Below, piece after piece: positions 1-9,639 of a stretch of 64,000 nucleotides of DNA. The position numbers and the translations under genes were made by a program. The notes below the pieces were generated by a model. It was not told where the DNA came from. It did not search any database and saw only the letters and a list, made by a program, of their open reading frames with translations. The DNA is from Candidatus Methanoperedens sp. (lineage in GTDB: Archaea > Halobacteriota > Methanosarcinia > Methanosarcinales > Methanoperedenaceae), in the NCBI GenBank assembly GCA_023249105.1, contig JAHFDG010000015.1, positions 1 to 64,000 on the forward strand, read 5' to 3'. How positions within the stretch are numbered: position 1 is the stretch's first letter; each line of letters starts with the position of its first letter.

Positions 1-222
1 TGTCAATATCTTGATGATATCAACAAAATGCCTGTGATTTTCAAGTGGAAATACAAGATGGATGAAATGCCTGGAAGAATTGAGTCATTGTAATATTAAT
101 TTGGAATTGATATACTAGTTACATAATCCCCGTAACCGACTTAATTTAACCTGCAAAATAAGTAACAATAATTATAAAGTATAACGTATCATACTAACCT
201 GTCTTCGGACAAATAAAATTAA

Positions 223-849
223 ATGGACGTGGTAACAATGGCAAGCTTCGGAAAATGGGTAAAGGACACATTCAAAAAAGATCCTTTAAAAGTATCGACA
301 AATGAAATCAAGAGAGACCAGATTAAAATCGATCGTCTCGCAAGCATAAAACGAGATGAAATAGACGACCTGAATACAAAAATCGAAGATATAATAAAAA
401 AAGGCGTAGGACAGACCAAAGAGACAAAAATTTCACTCTCTCATGAACTCGGCGCAGTAAAAAACAAGAAAACTCAGCTTCAAAAGACCCATGAGGGTCT
501 GATGAGGCAAAAAAAGGCGCTGAATATGCTTGAATTCATGGTCGAACAGAAGAATACCGCACAGGTAAGTACAATTGCGAATCAGATATTCGACATGGAT
601 ATAGATAAAGTCTCTGACCTTGCAAGCGAAGTCGCTATCGAAGGAATGATGCAGGAAGACAAGATGAAAGCATTAGAAGGTGCCATGGTTGGCATATTCG
701 GTGAAGAAAGGCTATCCAAAGACACCGAAGAACTCCTGAATCAGTGGGATCAGCTCGAAGCCGGGCAGATCGATGTAGATAAATTCAAAGATACTGTTGA
801 GAAACAAAGTGAAAAAATGATTGTGAAAAGAGAGACAGAGTCAAGTTAA
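223..849 (+). CDS. ESCRT-III / Snf7-like (CdvB-like) protein
   Basis: 208 aa, basic N-terminus and acidic C-terminus, all-helical. Segment QLQKTHEGLMRQKKALNMLEFM...IFDMDIDKVSDLASEVAIEGMMQEDKMKALEG matches the Snf7 core pattern. Sits immediately upstream of a MIT-AAA Vps4-like gene. Confidence 0.5.
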   Translation: MDVVTMASFGKWVKDTFKKDPLKVSTNEIKRDQIKIDRLASIKRDEIDDLNTKIEDIIKKGVGQTKETKISLSHELGAVKNKKTQLQKTHEGLMRQKKALNMLEFMVEQKNTAQVSTIANQIFDMDIDKVSDLASEVAIEGMMQEDKMKALEGAMVGIFGEERLSKDTEELLNQWDQLEAGQIDVDKFKDTVEKQSEKMIVKRETESS

Positions 850-859
850 TCTCTTAAAT

Positions 860-897
860 AAAAAATGGCTTGCAATCACAATCCATTTTTTTTCTTA
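860..897 (+). terminator. Hairpin (AAAAAATGG...CCATTTTTT) followed by T-run; archaeal terminator-like
   Basis: Inverted repeat 860-868/883-891 plus an oligo-T tract 886-893, directly after the 849 stop. Confidence 0.35.
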
Positions 898-931
898 TAT
901 TTTTTCATAAATCCTGAAAAAGGAGACTAAA

Positions 932-2725
932 ATGGGTTTAGCTGATGAATTTGAAGCAGTCCAGCGGAAAGATTTCATAAAGCAGAAAAACATTGCAGAA
1001 AAAGCGCTTGAAAAAGGAGATTATGATACAGCAAAAAAGGCTTTTAACGCTGCTGCAAATGCTGCGCAGAAAATAAGTAATGCGGTTTCAGGAAAAGAAT
1101 CTAAAGAAAAATGGCTTTTACTTTCAAAAAATTATTTCAATGCTTCCGAGCAATTAAATAGGGGGATTATACCTGAAAAAGAAAAACCCAAAGAATATGT
1201 ACGGCAACCCGTAATAACAGCCTCTCAATCTACTGAAGCCGGTCAGGGCGAAAAGGAAGAAAACTTCGAGACGTATATAGAAGAGAATTTAATAACTTCG
1301 AGTACAGTTACCTGGCAGGAAATCGCGGGTCTTAACAACACAAAAGAGACAATCAAAGAATCCGTAGTATTGAGCATCATTGAGGGGAAACCTGAGGCTA
1401 TAAAGCCCTGGAAAGGAATTCTTCTTTTCGGACCTCCGGGCACTGGGAAAACCCTGCTTGCAGCGGCAACAGCAGGTTCTTTGAAAGCCACATTTTTTAA
1501 TGTTAAAGTGAGCAATCTGTTATCTAAATACTTCGGTGAATCTTCGAAAATCATAACCGCTTTATACAATGTTGCCCGAAAAAGATCGCCTTCCATTATT
1601 TTCTTAGATGAATTTGATTCAATTGCGATGAGCCGCTCCACTGAAATTTCTGAAGCTTCACGCAGAGTACTATCCACATTACTTTCTGAATTAGATGGAT
1701 TGCAGGATAAGAAATCCTCACAATATATTTTAACAATGGCGGCTACAAATACGCCGTGGGATCTCGATGCAGCAGTGCTCAGTCGCTTCCAGAAACGAAT
1801 CTATGTCCCATTGCCCGATGTGCAAGCTGTTGAAGAAATGATAAAAATCAATACTCAGAAAAAAGGTATAGAATTTAAGGGGGACTTGAAACCAATAGCT
1901 TCAGATTGCGTTTCGAGATTATTTGCAGGTCGCGATGTCACCACGCTATGCAATGAGGCTATCTGGAACATGGTTCGTGAACAAAATACCGGGCTTAGCA
2001 CGCTTGCTGATAAGTCTCTTGATGCAATCAAGCAGTTCAAGCTAAAAGTGAGACCCGTGTTAGAATCAGATTTTAGAAAATCGTTTGAGATAGTAGAAAG
2101 CGCTGTGAAAGAGCGCGATGTAATAAAACATGAAACCTGGGCGCAGGAATACGGCGGATACGAGTCTGATAAAAAAAAACAACCGACGGTGATTAATAAA
2201 GAGCTATCCAGAGAAAAGAATAAAGAAGAATCTTTAAAACCTATTATTGATAGATTTCCTTCTTTATTAGAGGACTCGGATATTAAACCTGAGGTTCTTG
2301 GGGCTGCATTAAATATTGCAGTGGAGATAGCCAGTGAAGGAAGGGAGGGAAAGTCTGTGGGTACAGCATTTGTTATAGGCGACAGCGAAAATATAATGAA
2401 GAATTCAAGACAGCTTATTCTGAATCCATTTGCAGGGCATCCGCCAGAGGAGAGGATGATTACACTTCATGACCTGAAAGATAATATAAAAGAATTGGCG
2501 CAGCTTGATGGTGTTTTTGTGGTAAGGGGTGATGGTCTTATGGAAGCGGCAGGGAGGTATATAACAGTGGATGCCCATGGAGTTAGCCTGCCGAAAGGCT
2601 TTGGGACAAGGCATTCATCAGTGGCTGCTATCACGATGGTGACAAAGGCGGTGGGGATTGTGGTTTCGCAGAGCGGTGGAGGGATAAGGGTGATTAAGAG
2701 AGGGAAGATTGAGGTGAAAATCTGA
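932..2725 (+). CDS. Vps4/CdvC-like AAA+ ATPase with N-terminal MIT-like helical domain and C-terminal DAC (DisA_N)-like domain
   Basis: Walker A ILLFGPPGTGKT, Walker B IIFLDEFD, SRH region ATNTPWDLDAAVLSRF, helical N-terminus. The C-terminal ~170 aa carry DAC-like motifs (VGTAFVIGD..., LHDL...DGVFVV, GFGTRHSSVAA resembling DGA/GTRHRAA). Confidence 0.8.
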   Translation: MGLADEFEAVQRKDFIKQKNIAEKALEKGDYDTAKKAFNAAANAAQKISNAVSGKESKEKWLLLSKNYFNASEQLNRGIIPEKEKPKEYVRQPVITASQSTEAGQGEKEENFETYIEENLITSSTVTWQEIAGLNNTKETIKESVVLSIIEGKPEAIKPWKGILLFGPPGTGKTLLAAATAGSLKATFFNVKVSNLLSKYFGESSKIITALYNVARKRSPSIIFLDEFDSIAMSRSTEISEASRRVLSTLLSELDGLQDKKSSQYILTMAATNTPWDLDAAVLSRFQKRIYVPLPDVQAVEEMIKINTQKKGIEFKGDLKPIASDCVSRLFAGRDVTTLCNEAIWNMVREQNTGLSTLADKSLDAIKQFKLKVRPVLESDFRKSFEIVESAVKERDVIKHETWAQEYGGYESDKKKQPTVINKELSREKNKEESLKPIIDRFPSLLEDSDIKPEVLGAALNIAVEIASEGREGKSVGTAFVIGDSENIMKNSRQLILNPFAGHPPEERMITLHDLKDNIKELAQLDGVFVVRGDGLMEAAGRYITVDAHGVSLPKGFGTRHSSVAAITMVTKAVGIVVSQSGGGIRVIKRGKIEVKI

Positions 2726-2761
2726 GTTTAGACTTTTAAAAAGTATAGCGTTGATTGAATT

Positions 2762-5700
2762 ATGGATAACAAAAAAGTGGGAATTTCTAAGGATATTAAT
2801 AGGGTATTTCTAATAGTGTTTTTAGCAGGATTGACCCTTAGCATTTACATTCCAGCCGCAAGTGCGAATACAGTTAAGCAATTTAATGTTGAGGTAGGGG
2901 ATGCTTACTGGTATGATCTAACTGTGAATGCTTCAGAAACAGTTGATGTGAGTGTTTGGACTGATGGTGCACCGAATAATAATGATATTCTTATTACATC
3001 ATCTTATGACTCAATTGGAAATCAAATGAATGCCGGTACTGCGACTCATGGAAAAGCTACGTTTGGCTCGGGTTTTACTCCAACCACAACAAGCACTTTC
3101 AAAGTTAGAGTTTATCTCTATGATTCCGATCGTGTAGGAACACGCACCATAACTATGTCAAGTCCTCAATTCATATTTACAGCACCGCATTATATGGAAA
3201 CTGCAAGCAATATTGCCGAGGGAGATACTATCTGGTATTACTTAACGGTCAATTCTACAGGGATAGTTGGTATAAATGCCTGGACTGATGGCGGTGATCT
3301 GGAATATGATCGTTTTGAATTGTATCTATTCGATCCGATTGGAAAGGAAGTATATACAACGTCTGGATCCAACAAAGCATCGATTACTTATATTGCCAAA
3401 ACAACAGGTATTTTCAAAGTTCAGGTTCATATCAATAAAATCCGTGGTGGAAACCCACACAAGATTACCGTATCAAGTAATTATCCGTTAGGAGCTACTC
3501 TGCCGACATCCACTCCTACAATATCTGAAACATATACACCACAAAAGGCAACCCCACAGCCAAGTATCGTGATAGATGGCAATCCGCAGGACTGGGCTGG
3601 AATTAAGCCTATTATGACCGATCCCGAAGGTGATAGAACAGAAAATGTGCAGGGTTCGGACTTGAAATCATTATATGCCTTAAATGACAATGAATTTCTT
3701 TATTTAATGTTAGAAGTCTATGATAATCCAAACGGTTCAAAAGAAAAAGTTCAGTATGTTTTTGAAATAGCCAATAATACCGTATCTCCTTTTCTGAAAT
3801 GGGATTATGAGATAGGAGCGGAGGCACAGGGAAATCCCTGGCTATGGAACCTCACAGAGTATGATACACGTATCAATGACAAAGATCCGAATCCTTACGG
3901 TTTGGTCAGGGGTGTATCTGGCGTTGAGGCGTTGGGTAAAGATGTGTTTGAAATGAAGATACCGCTGCGTATAATAGGAAATCTAAAAAATATGATTATC
4001 CGCGCAAGAACACAGTTTCCAAATGGAAACGGGTTATATGATGATATGCCAGGCGCTAAGTTCATAACGAATCCTTCTCTAATTATTCCTGAAAAACAAA
4101 CACCTACTCCAACGCTCACTCCAATACCTACACATGGTGAAGAATTAAATCAAGAACGGCTTTCAGAAGGGCTGAAGTATCTTGCTTTTCCTGCATTGAC
4201 ATCATTAGCAGTATTAGGTATAGTCCTATTTTTTGAAAAAAGAGAAAAGAATAAGCGTAAGTTTAATGATGATTTGAGAACAAAGCATTGGTTTGGTTAT
4301 TATTCAGTGCTAATTGGTAACTTTATTATAGGTGCTGTTTTTGCACTCATTTCCTTTGCAGTCTTCTATAAAGAACTTCCAGTCAGTTATGATGCTGGAA
4401 AATTTTTCTTTACAATACCTATTTTTTATCTGTCAGCGTCCACTTTTATTTTAATTCGTGGGTTACTATTATCAAGACCAAATACAAAATTAAACGGTTT
4501 GCATTTTCTCATTTCTTTACTGATGGGTATATTTATGGTCTTTATTTTACTGACTGACCCTCAAAAGAGCCCGCCTTTCATTTTCCCGGTTTTATTTTTT
4601 ATTTCCTCAGGAATATCTCTCTGGTACGAAAGAGTTGCGATTTTCAGACCAGAATCTATTCAGGAATCGTTATCTATAGAAAAAGGAAGTGAAAAACCAA
4701 TTCTTGCGCCAGATATCAAGCGTGGATACTCCGTTCTACCTAATAACGACATTAAATTTGGCATAAGAGTGACGAATAATACGAGTTACACTATTACAGA
4801 TGTGGATACGATTCTGGATTATCAGAAGGCATCATCAATGCCATTATTCTCAATGAAAGATTCTGAAATTCAGCACCTTGGCAACATCGCCCCAAACACT
4901 GCGCGCACTGCAACCTACATACTCAAACCCCTCGGCTGCATCCATAACGAGCAAATAAACGCTCTTATCATCTGCAAAGACCACATGGGCAAAAAGCAAA
5001 CCCTTCACATGCACCCCAAGGAAGTTCACTGCGTCTGCCCATTCCTCAAGGAAAAGCCCATGAACGAAGGAGAGTACAGCCGCCTCGCAGCTAATAGCAA
5101 ATTCGTACAAGAAGGCATATCTTTCAAAGGCATAAGTGTTGAGGAACTGGCTAATTTCATGGGTGAGACATGCAGGCACATGCTATACAAGGTCAAAGAA
5201 TACGACATTGAGGGCAAGAAAGTCATTTATCTTTCAGGTGAGTCACTCGGAGAGAAGACATATTATCTCTTGACTGCGGTTATTCAGGAGTATAAAGACT
5301 TAACTCAGGTGGTTTTGAGGGCGTACTCGGACAAGAGCTACGGGTTGAACGGCTTCATGAACGAGATGGCTGACAGTATACGGCATCTTGTGGGGTCGGT
5401 TCGGAATGCTAAGGAGATTGGGATTATTGAAAATACGCAGGTGATCAATATCATTGATTCGGTGGTGCAGCGGACGAATTTTGAAATGGGCGCAGGTGGA
5501 AATACGCAAGTTAATATTAGGGATAGTGTGGTGCAAAGCACTACGATAAAAGGCGAGGAGAAGAGGGAAGCGAAAGCGAGAAATGAAACGGATAAGAAAG
5601 CGCCTGAACCTAAAGAAAGAATTGAACGTGAAGGACAGAAAGTAACGCCATTCGAAGAGATATGGAGTCGAATTATTGTTAATTCCAGAGAATTATTCCA

Positions 5701-5911
5701 TACAAAAACTGGATTAGAATTTACATACAAAGTAGAAGGTGATCGGTTCTATCCAAGCAGAACTGAATATGCAATATCAAAAAACGATTTTAAAACTGCT
5801 TATGAATTAGTTCCAATTGATGGTCCGGGTGAGATTAATGATATTGTTAGAGGACCTGCTTATGTTTGGGCAGTGCTGCATGATCAACGGATTTTAATGA
5901 AAGAATGGTGA
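2762..5911 (+). CDS. Large multidomain membrane protein: signal peptide, two PPC-like beta-sandwich domains, ~5 TM helices, cytoplasmic IKRGY-type domain
   Basis: N-terminal hydrophobic signal. Repeated W-Y-L-T-V-N...WTDG...D..L.L.D PPC-like units. Hydrophobic helices at aa ~470-620. The C-terminal 300 aa are paralogous to the N-terminus of 5983..7602. Confidence 0.6.
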   Translation: MDNKKVGISKDINRVFLIVFLAGLTLSIYIPAASANTVKQFNVEVGDAYWYDLTVNASETVDVSVWTDGAPNNNDILITSSYDSIGNQMNAGTATHGKATFGSGFTPTTTSTFKVRVYLYDSDRVGTRTITMSSPQFIFTAPHYMETASNIAEGDTIWYYLTVNSTGIVGINAWTDGGDLEYDRFELYLFDPIGKEVYTTSGSNKASITYIAKTTGIFKVQVHINKIRGGNPHKITVSSNYPLGATLPTSTPTISETYTPQKATPQPSIVIDGNPQDWAGIKPIMTDPEGDRTENVQGSDLKSLYALNDNEFLYLMLEVYDNPNGSKEKVQYVFEIANNTVSPFLKWDYEIGAEAQGNPWLWNLTEYDTRINDKDPNPYGLVRGVSGVEALGKDVFEMKIPLRIIGNLKNMIIRARTQFPNGNGLYDDMPGAKFITNPSLIIPEKQTPTPTLTPIPTHGEELNQERLSEGLKYLAFPALTSLAVLGIVLFFEKREKNKRKFNDDLRTKHWFGYYSVLIGNFIIGAVFALISFAVFYKELPVSYDAGKFFFTIPIFYLSASTFILIRGLLLSRPNTKLNGLHFLISLLMGIFMVFILLTDPQKSPPFIFPVLFFISSGISLWYERVAIFRPESIQESLSIEKGSEKPILAPDIKRGYSVLPNNDIKFGIRVTNNTSYTITDVDTILDYQKASSMPLFSMKDSEIQHLGNIAPNTARTATYILKPLGCIHNEQINALIICKDHMGKKQTLHMHPKEVHCVCPFLKEKPMNEGEYSRLAANSKFVQEGISFKGISVEELANFMGETCRHMLYKVKEYDIEGKKVIYLSGESLGEKTYYLLTAVIQEYKDLTQVVLRAYSDKSYGLNGFMNEMADSIRHLVGSVRNAKEIGIIENTQVINIIDSVVQRTNFEMGAGGNTQVNIRDSVVQSTTIKGEEKREAKARNETDKKAPEPKERIEREGQKVTPFEEIWSRIIVNSRELFHTKTGLEFTYKVEGDRFYPSRTEYAISKNDFKTAYELVPIDGPGEINDIVRGPAYVWAVLHDQRILMKEW

Positions 5912-5982
5912 TATGAAAGAAAGTATAACTGGTTAAAATATAGAAGGTTTTTTTATCAGCATATAACAATTGGGATGACGAA

Positions 5983-7602
5983 ATGGTGGATATCGAGATA
6001 AAACGCGGTTATGAAGTCCTGCCCGACAACAATGTCAGGTTTGGAATCAGAGTTGTCAATAACAGTGACTCCGCTATTTCTGATGTCGAAGTTATACTGG
6101 ATTACAGCGAATCTCTTTTTGAGCTTGGAGGCAATAAAATACAGAAACTCGGTAATATACCGCCCACCGTGCCACGCACAGCGAAATTCATACTGAAACC
6201 GCTTGGATGTATACATAAAGAAGAAATAGGCGCAACAGTACTTTACAAAGACCACCAGTGGAAGAAGCACACGCTAGAGATGCGCCCCAAAGAAGTGCAT
6301 TGTGTCTGTCCATTCTTGAGAGAAAAATCGATTACAAGGGCTGAGTTTCTGAATCTATCAAAATCTGGATATTCGGCAGATCGAGGTATTAATTTCGAGA
6401 ATATATCCATAGATAAGCTGATGGATTTTCTTTCTCATACCTGCAAAAACAGGCTGTATAAGGTGGATGAAATTCCTGTTGAGAATGGAAAAATACTCTA
6501 TCTTGCAGGAGAATCACTCGGAGAGAAGGCATATTATCTGCTCACTGCGATTGTGAAAGAATATGAGGGGCTTTCTCAGGTACTGCTACGTGCGAATTCG
6601 GATAAGAACTATGGTCTTATCGGATTTTTGAATGAAATTCTGGATAATCTGCACCACCTTGTGCAGACAGTGAATTCGGCACGGGAAATCGGGATTATCA
6701 AGAAAGAGCAGGTTATTAATATCATTGATTCTGTTGTGCAGAGGACGACTTTTGCTGGAGGAGAGGGTGCAGCGTCGGTGAACATCAGGGACAGTGTGGT
6801 GCAAAGCACGGAGTTTAAAGGGGATGAGGAGAGAAAGAGGCGCGAGGAGGAGAGGACACAGAGGGTTACTCAAACAGCTTCACCAGCACTTGTATCCATA
6901 CCAGCCCTATACCAGAAGACCATCACCAACTCCATCGGCATGGAATTCGTTCTGATACCTGCTGGTGAGTTTGACATGTCGAAATCAAATGAATCAGGTA
7001 GATCTGAAGGACCCGTTCATCGAGTAATAATATCAAATGGTTTCTACATGGGTAAATTCGAGGTCACCCAGAAGCAGTGGCGTGATATGATGGAAACAAA
7101 TCCTTCGAAATTCAAGGGCGACAATCGGCCTGTTGAACAGGTGTCATGGACCGATGCTCAGGAATTTATCAAAAAGCTCAATGAGAATGAAGGCACGAAT
7201 AAGTACCGTCTTCCTTCTGAAGCAGAATGGGAGTATGCGGCGCGAGCAGGCACAAAAACAAGATATTCCTTTGGCGACGATGAATCGATGTTCGGCGATT
7301 ATGCATGGTATTATAGTAATTCAGGTGGCAAAACTCATGAAGTCGGTCAGAAGAAGCCCAATCCATGGGGGTTGTACGATATGCACGGCAATGTCTGGGA
7401 ATGGGTTCAGGATACGTGGCACGGCAACTACAATGGTGCGCCTACAGATGGCAGCGCATGGGAGAAAGATGGCTCGGACCGCGTCGCTCGCGGCGGTAGC
7501 TGGCGCGGCAACGCCCGGAGCTGCCGGTCAGCGTTTCGAGACGACGGCGACCCTGGCGACCGCATCACCAGCCTCGGTTTCCGTCTTCTGAGGATTTCGT
7601 AA
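5983..7602 (+). CDS. Fusion of IKRGY-type domain with C-terminal FGE-sulfatase (SUMF1/formylglycine-generating enzyme family) domain
   Basis: The C-terminus has the FGE-sulfatase hallmarks: RVIISNGFYMGKFEVTQKQWRDMM, RLPSEAEWEYAARAG, GLYDMHGNVWEWVQD, RGGSW. The N-terminal 290 aa align with the C-terminus of 2762..5911 (IKRGYxVLP, GCIH, VHCVCPFL, DSVVQRT). Confidence 0.75.
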   Translation: MVDIEIKRGYEVLPDNNVRFGIRVVNNSDSAISDVEVILDYSESLFELGGNKIQKLGNIPPTVPRTAKFILKPLGCIHKEEIGATVLYKDHQWKKHTLEMRPKEVHCVCPFLREKSITRAEFLNLSKSGYSADRGINFENISIDKLMDFLSHTCKNRLYKVDEIPVENGKILYLAGESLGEKAYYLLTAIVKEYEGLSQVLLRANSDKNYGLIGFLNEILDNLHHLVQTVNSAREIGIIKKEQVINIIDSVVQRTTFAGGEGAASVNIRDSVVQSTEFKGDEERKRREEERTQRVTQTASPALVSIPALYQKTITNSIGMEFVLIPAGEFDMSKSNESGRSEGPVHRVIISNGFYMGKFEVTQKQWRDMMETNPSKFKGDNRPVEQVSWTDAQEFIKKLNENEGTNKYRLPSEAEWEYAARAGTKTRYSFGDDESMFGDYAWYYSNSGGKTHEVGQKKPNPWGLYDMHGNVWEWVQDTWHGNYNGAPTDGSAWEKDGSDRVARGGSWRGNARSCRSAFRDDGDPGDRITSLGFRLLRIS

Positions 7603-7873
7603 CTCCTTTCCACTTTACCCCTTTACCACTTTCCACACGTTACTTACCACAAAGTAAATGTCACGGCGAAGCCTGAAGCCAGTGCATCCGCTGTGATCCA
7701 GGCGCTTGCGCCGCAAATTAACGCAGATGCTAAGTCCGAAAACTGGCGCTATTAAAAATAAACTTACGCATTTTCCGTAACAATCTTCTCATTATTCAGT
7801 TATCCAAGTAATAACCATTATATACACTTACCCTAATATAAAACTCAGTTTAAAACGAGTAAAGGGTGATATA

Positions 7874-8428
7874 ATGGAAAAAATTGAAAGTCTTAAAGGT
7901 CAGGGTTTCTGGACAAAAGTAAAAAATGCAGTCGAACCCGTGGCTGAAAAGATTCTTGGTGCGGTCATCCCCGGATATGATTACCGTGCAAAGAAAAACA
8001 GATTGAATACCGACCAGGCAGTCAGAGAAAAGTTAGCCAGGGAGCTTGAAAAATCATATAATACGCTGAAAGAAGTCAGCGACCTTGCATACAAGGATGG
8101 CAAAAGGGATGTTGTGGAGCACATCAAGGATACATTGAACGCCATCGATTTAGTGAAAAAAGAGATAGAACACGCAGCATACGGATTGTCGCCCTTATTC
8201 ACTCAGGACAATGTTGATAGCAAAAACATTATCAGGATGATAGAGTTTGATGCAAAGCTTCTGGACGAACTGGTAGTAATAACAGAAGCCAGCGATATAG
8301 TGTATGATAACGTTCTTGAAGGAAAGACCTCGGATATTGTCCTTCAGGTCAGGAAAATGAAACGAAGCGTTGATAAAATGAGGAACATATTCTCTGACAG
8401 GAACGACTACCTGACAAATCTTGCATAG
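7874..8428 (+). CDS. Hypothetical helical protein
   Basis: 184-aa ORF, charged and helical. No recognisable motif. Confidence 0.35.
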   Translation: MEKIESLKGQGFWTKVKNAVEPVAEKILGAVIPGYDYRAKKNRLNTDQAVREKLARELEKSYNTLKEVSDLAYKDGKRDVVEHIKDTLNAIDLVKKEIEHAAYGLSPLFTQDNVDSKNIIRMIEFDAKLLDELVVITEASDIVYDNVLEGKTSDIVLQVRKMKRSVDKMRNIFSDRNDYLTNLA

Positions 8429-8436
8429 GTGAAACT

Positions 8437-9633
8437 ATGGAAAAAAAACCGTTGTTTTTCAAGGACGAAGGAGAAATGGGGGATGTGCTTTCACAGGCTA
8501 AAGGGCTTGCCAAAAAAGTACAGGTAATAAACAAGCACCTTGATACACAAATTAAGGAAATTAGTGAACTGAAAGAACAGGTAGAAGAAGAAAGCTATAG
8601 CCAGGTAATTAAAGAAAGTCTTGGGAAAAAGATCGATACCGCAAAAAGCAAGTTCTCATCCTTAATTTCAAACTGGAAAGGAAAAAAGGATCAGGTTGAA
8701 CAGGAAAAGGGAGAACTTCAAGCACAGCAGGCTGAGATTCTGTCTGAGAAACAGGAACTTGAAAAGAAACAAAACGAAGTTAATCCTGAACAAAAAGAAA
8801 TTCTCACAAAAGAATTACAGAATATTTCCAGATTAGAAGAAACAGTCAGCGAAAAACTGGTAAAACTTGAAAACACGAAGGAAGCAATCGAGAACATCCT
8901 GAATGAAAACAAGGAGAAGATACGTGAAAACATACTCACGAATGAAGAAGTCGAGTTCATAAAACTCAAGTATTTTAGTCTCATCCGTTCAAGACTCTCG
9001 ACAAAAGGTATAACAAGCCCTGTATCAAATAATTTTTATTATGAAAAGGACTGGAAATTGACGTTAATGGAGAATGAGATTGTTGCAAAGACGATGACGG
9101 GTCTTATCAAAAGTCATAACGATATCTATTTTGATATAACTTTTACAGCGCCGATGGACATTGAAGGGTATGTTTATAAAAAGAAAGGGATGGAAGTAAC
9201 AAATACGATTAAGAAATTCATTAATTCAGCAGATGGCAAATCCTATAATGCGCTTGTTCTAGCCTGTCCGACTGGCTGGGATGATGAAATAAAAAGCCAC
9301 GTTGCAACCATGGGTCATTCCAATGCAAGCATATACCTTGTTGACCTTGCAGAAAAACAGATGTTTTTCAATAGAAACGATGAAAAAACCATGAATTTTT
9401 CTGAGTGGTTTGCTCCACTTTCTATGGATGATGAAATTAATGATCTCGTAGAAAAAGTAAAACTTGATATTAAGAACGGAGATATTCAATTCAGGGCTGA
9501 TAAGGTGGTCGAGAAATATAAAGTCCCAAGAAAAATAGTCATATCAGCGTTCCATAAGATTGCGGATTCAAAGAATGCTGAGATAATCGATAGAAGTGAA
9601 GGTGCAAAGGATATAATATTATTAACGAGGTGA
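8437..9633 (+). CDS. Hypothetical coiled-coil protein with globular C-terminal domain
   Basis: The N-terminal 180 aa are E/K/Q-rich coiled coil. The C-terminal ~200 aa are globular and unassigned. Confidence 0.45.
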   Translation: MEKKPLFFKDEGEMGDVLSQAKGLAKKVQVINKHLDTQIKEISELKEQVEEESYSQVIKESLGKKIDTAKSKFSSLISNWKGKKDQVEQEKGELQAQQAEILSEKQELEKKQNEVNPEQKEILTKELQNISRLEETVSEKLVKLENTKEAIENILNENKEKIRENILTNEEVEFIKLKYFSLIRSRLSTKGITSPVSNNFYYEKDWKLTLMENEIVAKTMTGLIKSHNDIYFDITFTAPMDIEGYVYKKKGMEVTNTIKKFINSADGKSYNALVLACPTGWDDEIKSHVATMGHSNASIYLVDLAEKQMFFNRNDEKTMNFSEWFAPLSMDDEINDLVEKVKLDIKNGDIQFRADKVVEKYKVPRKIVISAFHKIADSKNAEIIDRSEGAKDIILLTR

Positions 9634-9639
9634 AAAAAT

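Noticed and set aside
1243-1677. 144-aa antisense ORF inside the Vps4-like gene, and similar antisense ORFs elsewhere (e.g. 3481..3690, 16991..17380, 18377..18835, 22676..23017, 39339..39620, 49261..49614)
   Set aside because: Shadow ORFs opposite well-supported genes, with no motifs and odd composition.
7133-7591. 152-aa ORF in alternative frame inside the FGE-sulfatase gene
   Set aside because: Arises from the high GC of this segment. Arg/Ala-rich nonsense composition. The FGE reading frame carries all conserved motifs.
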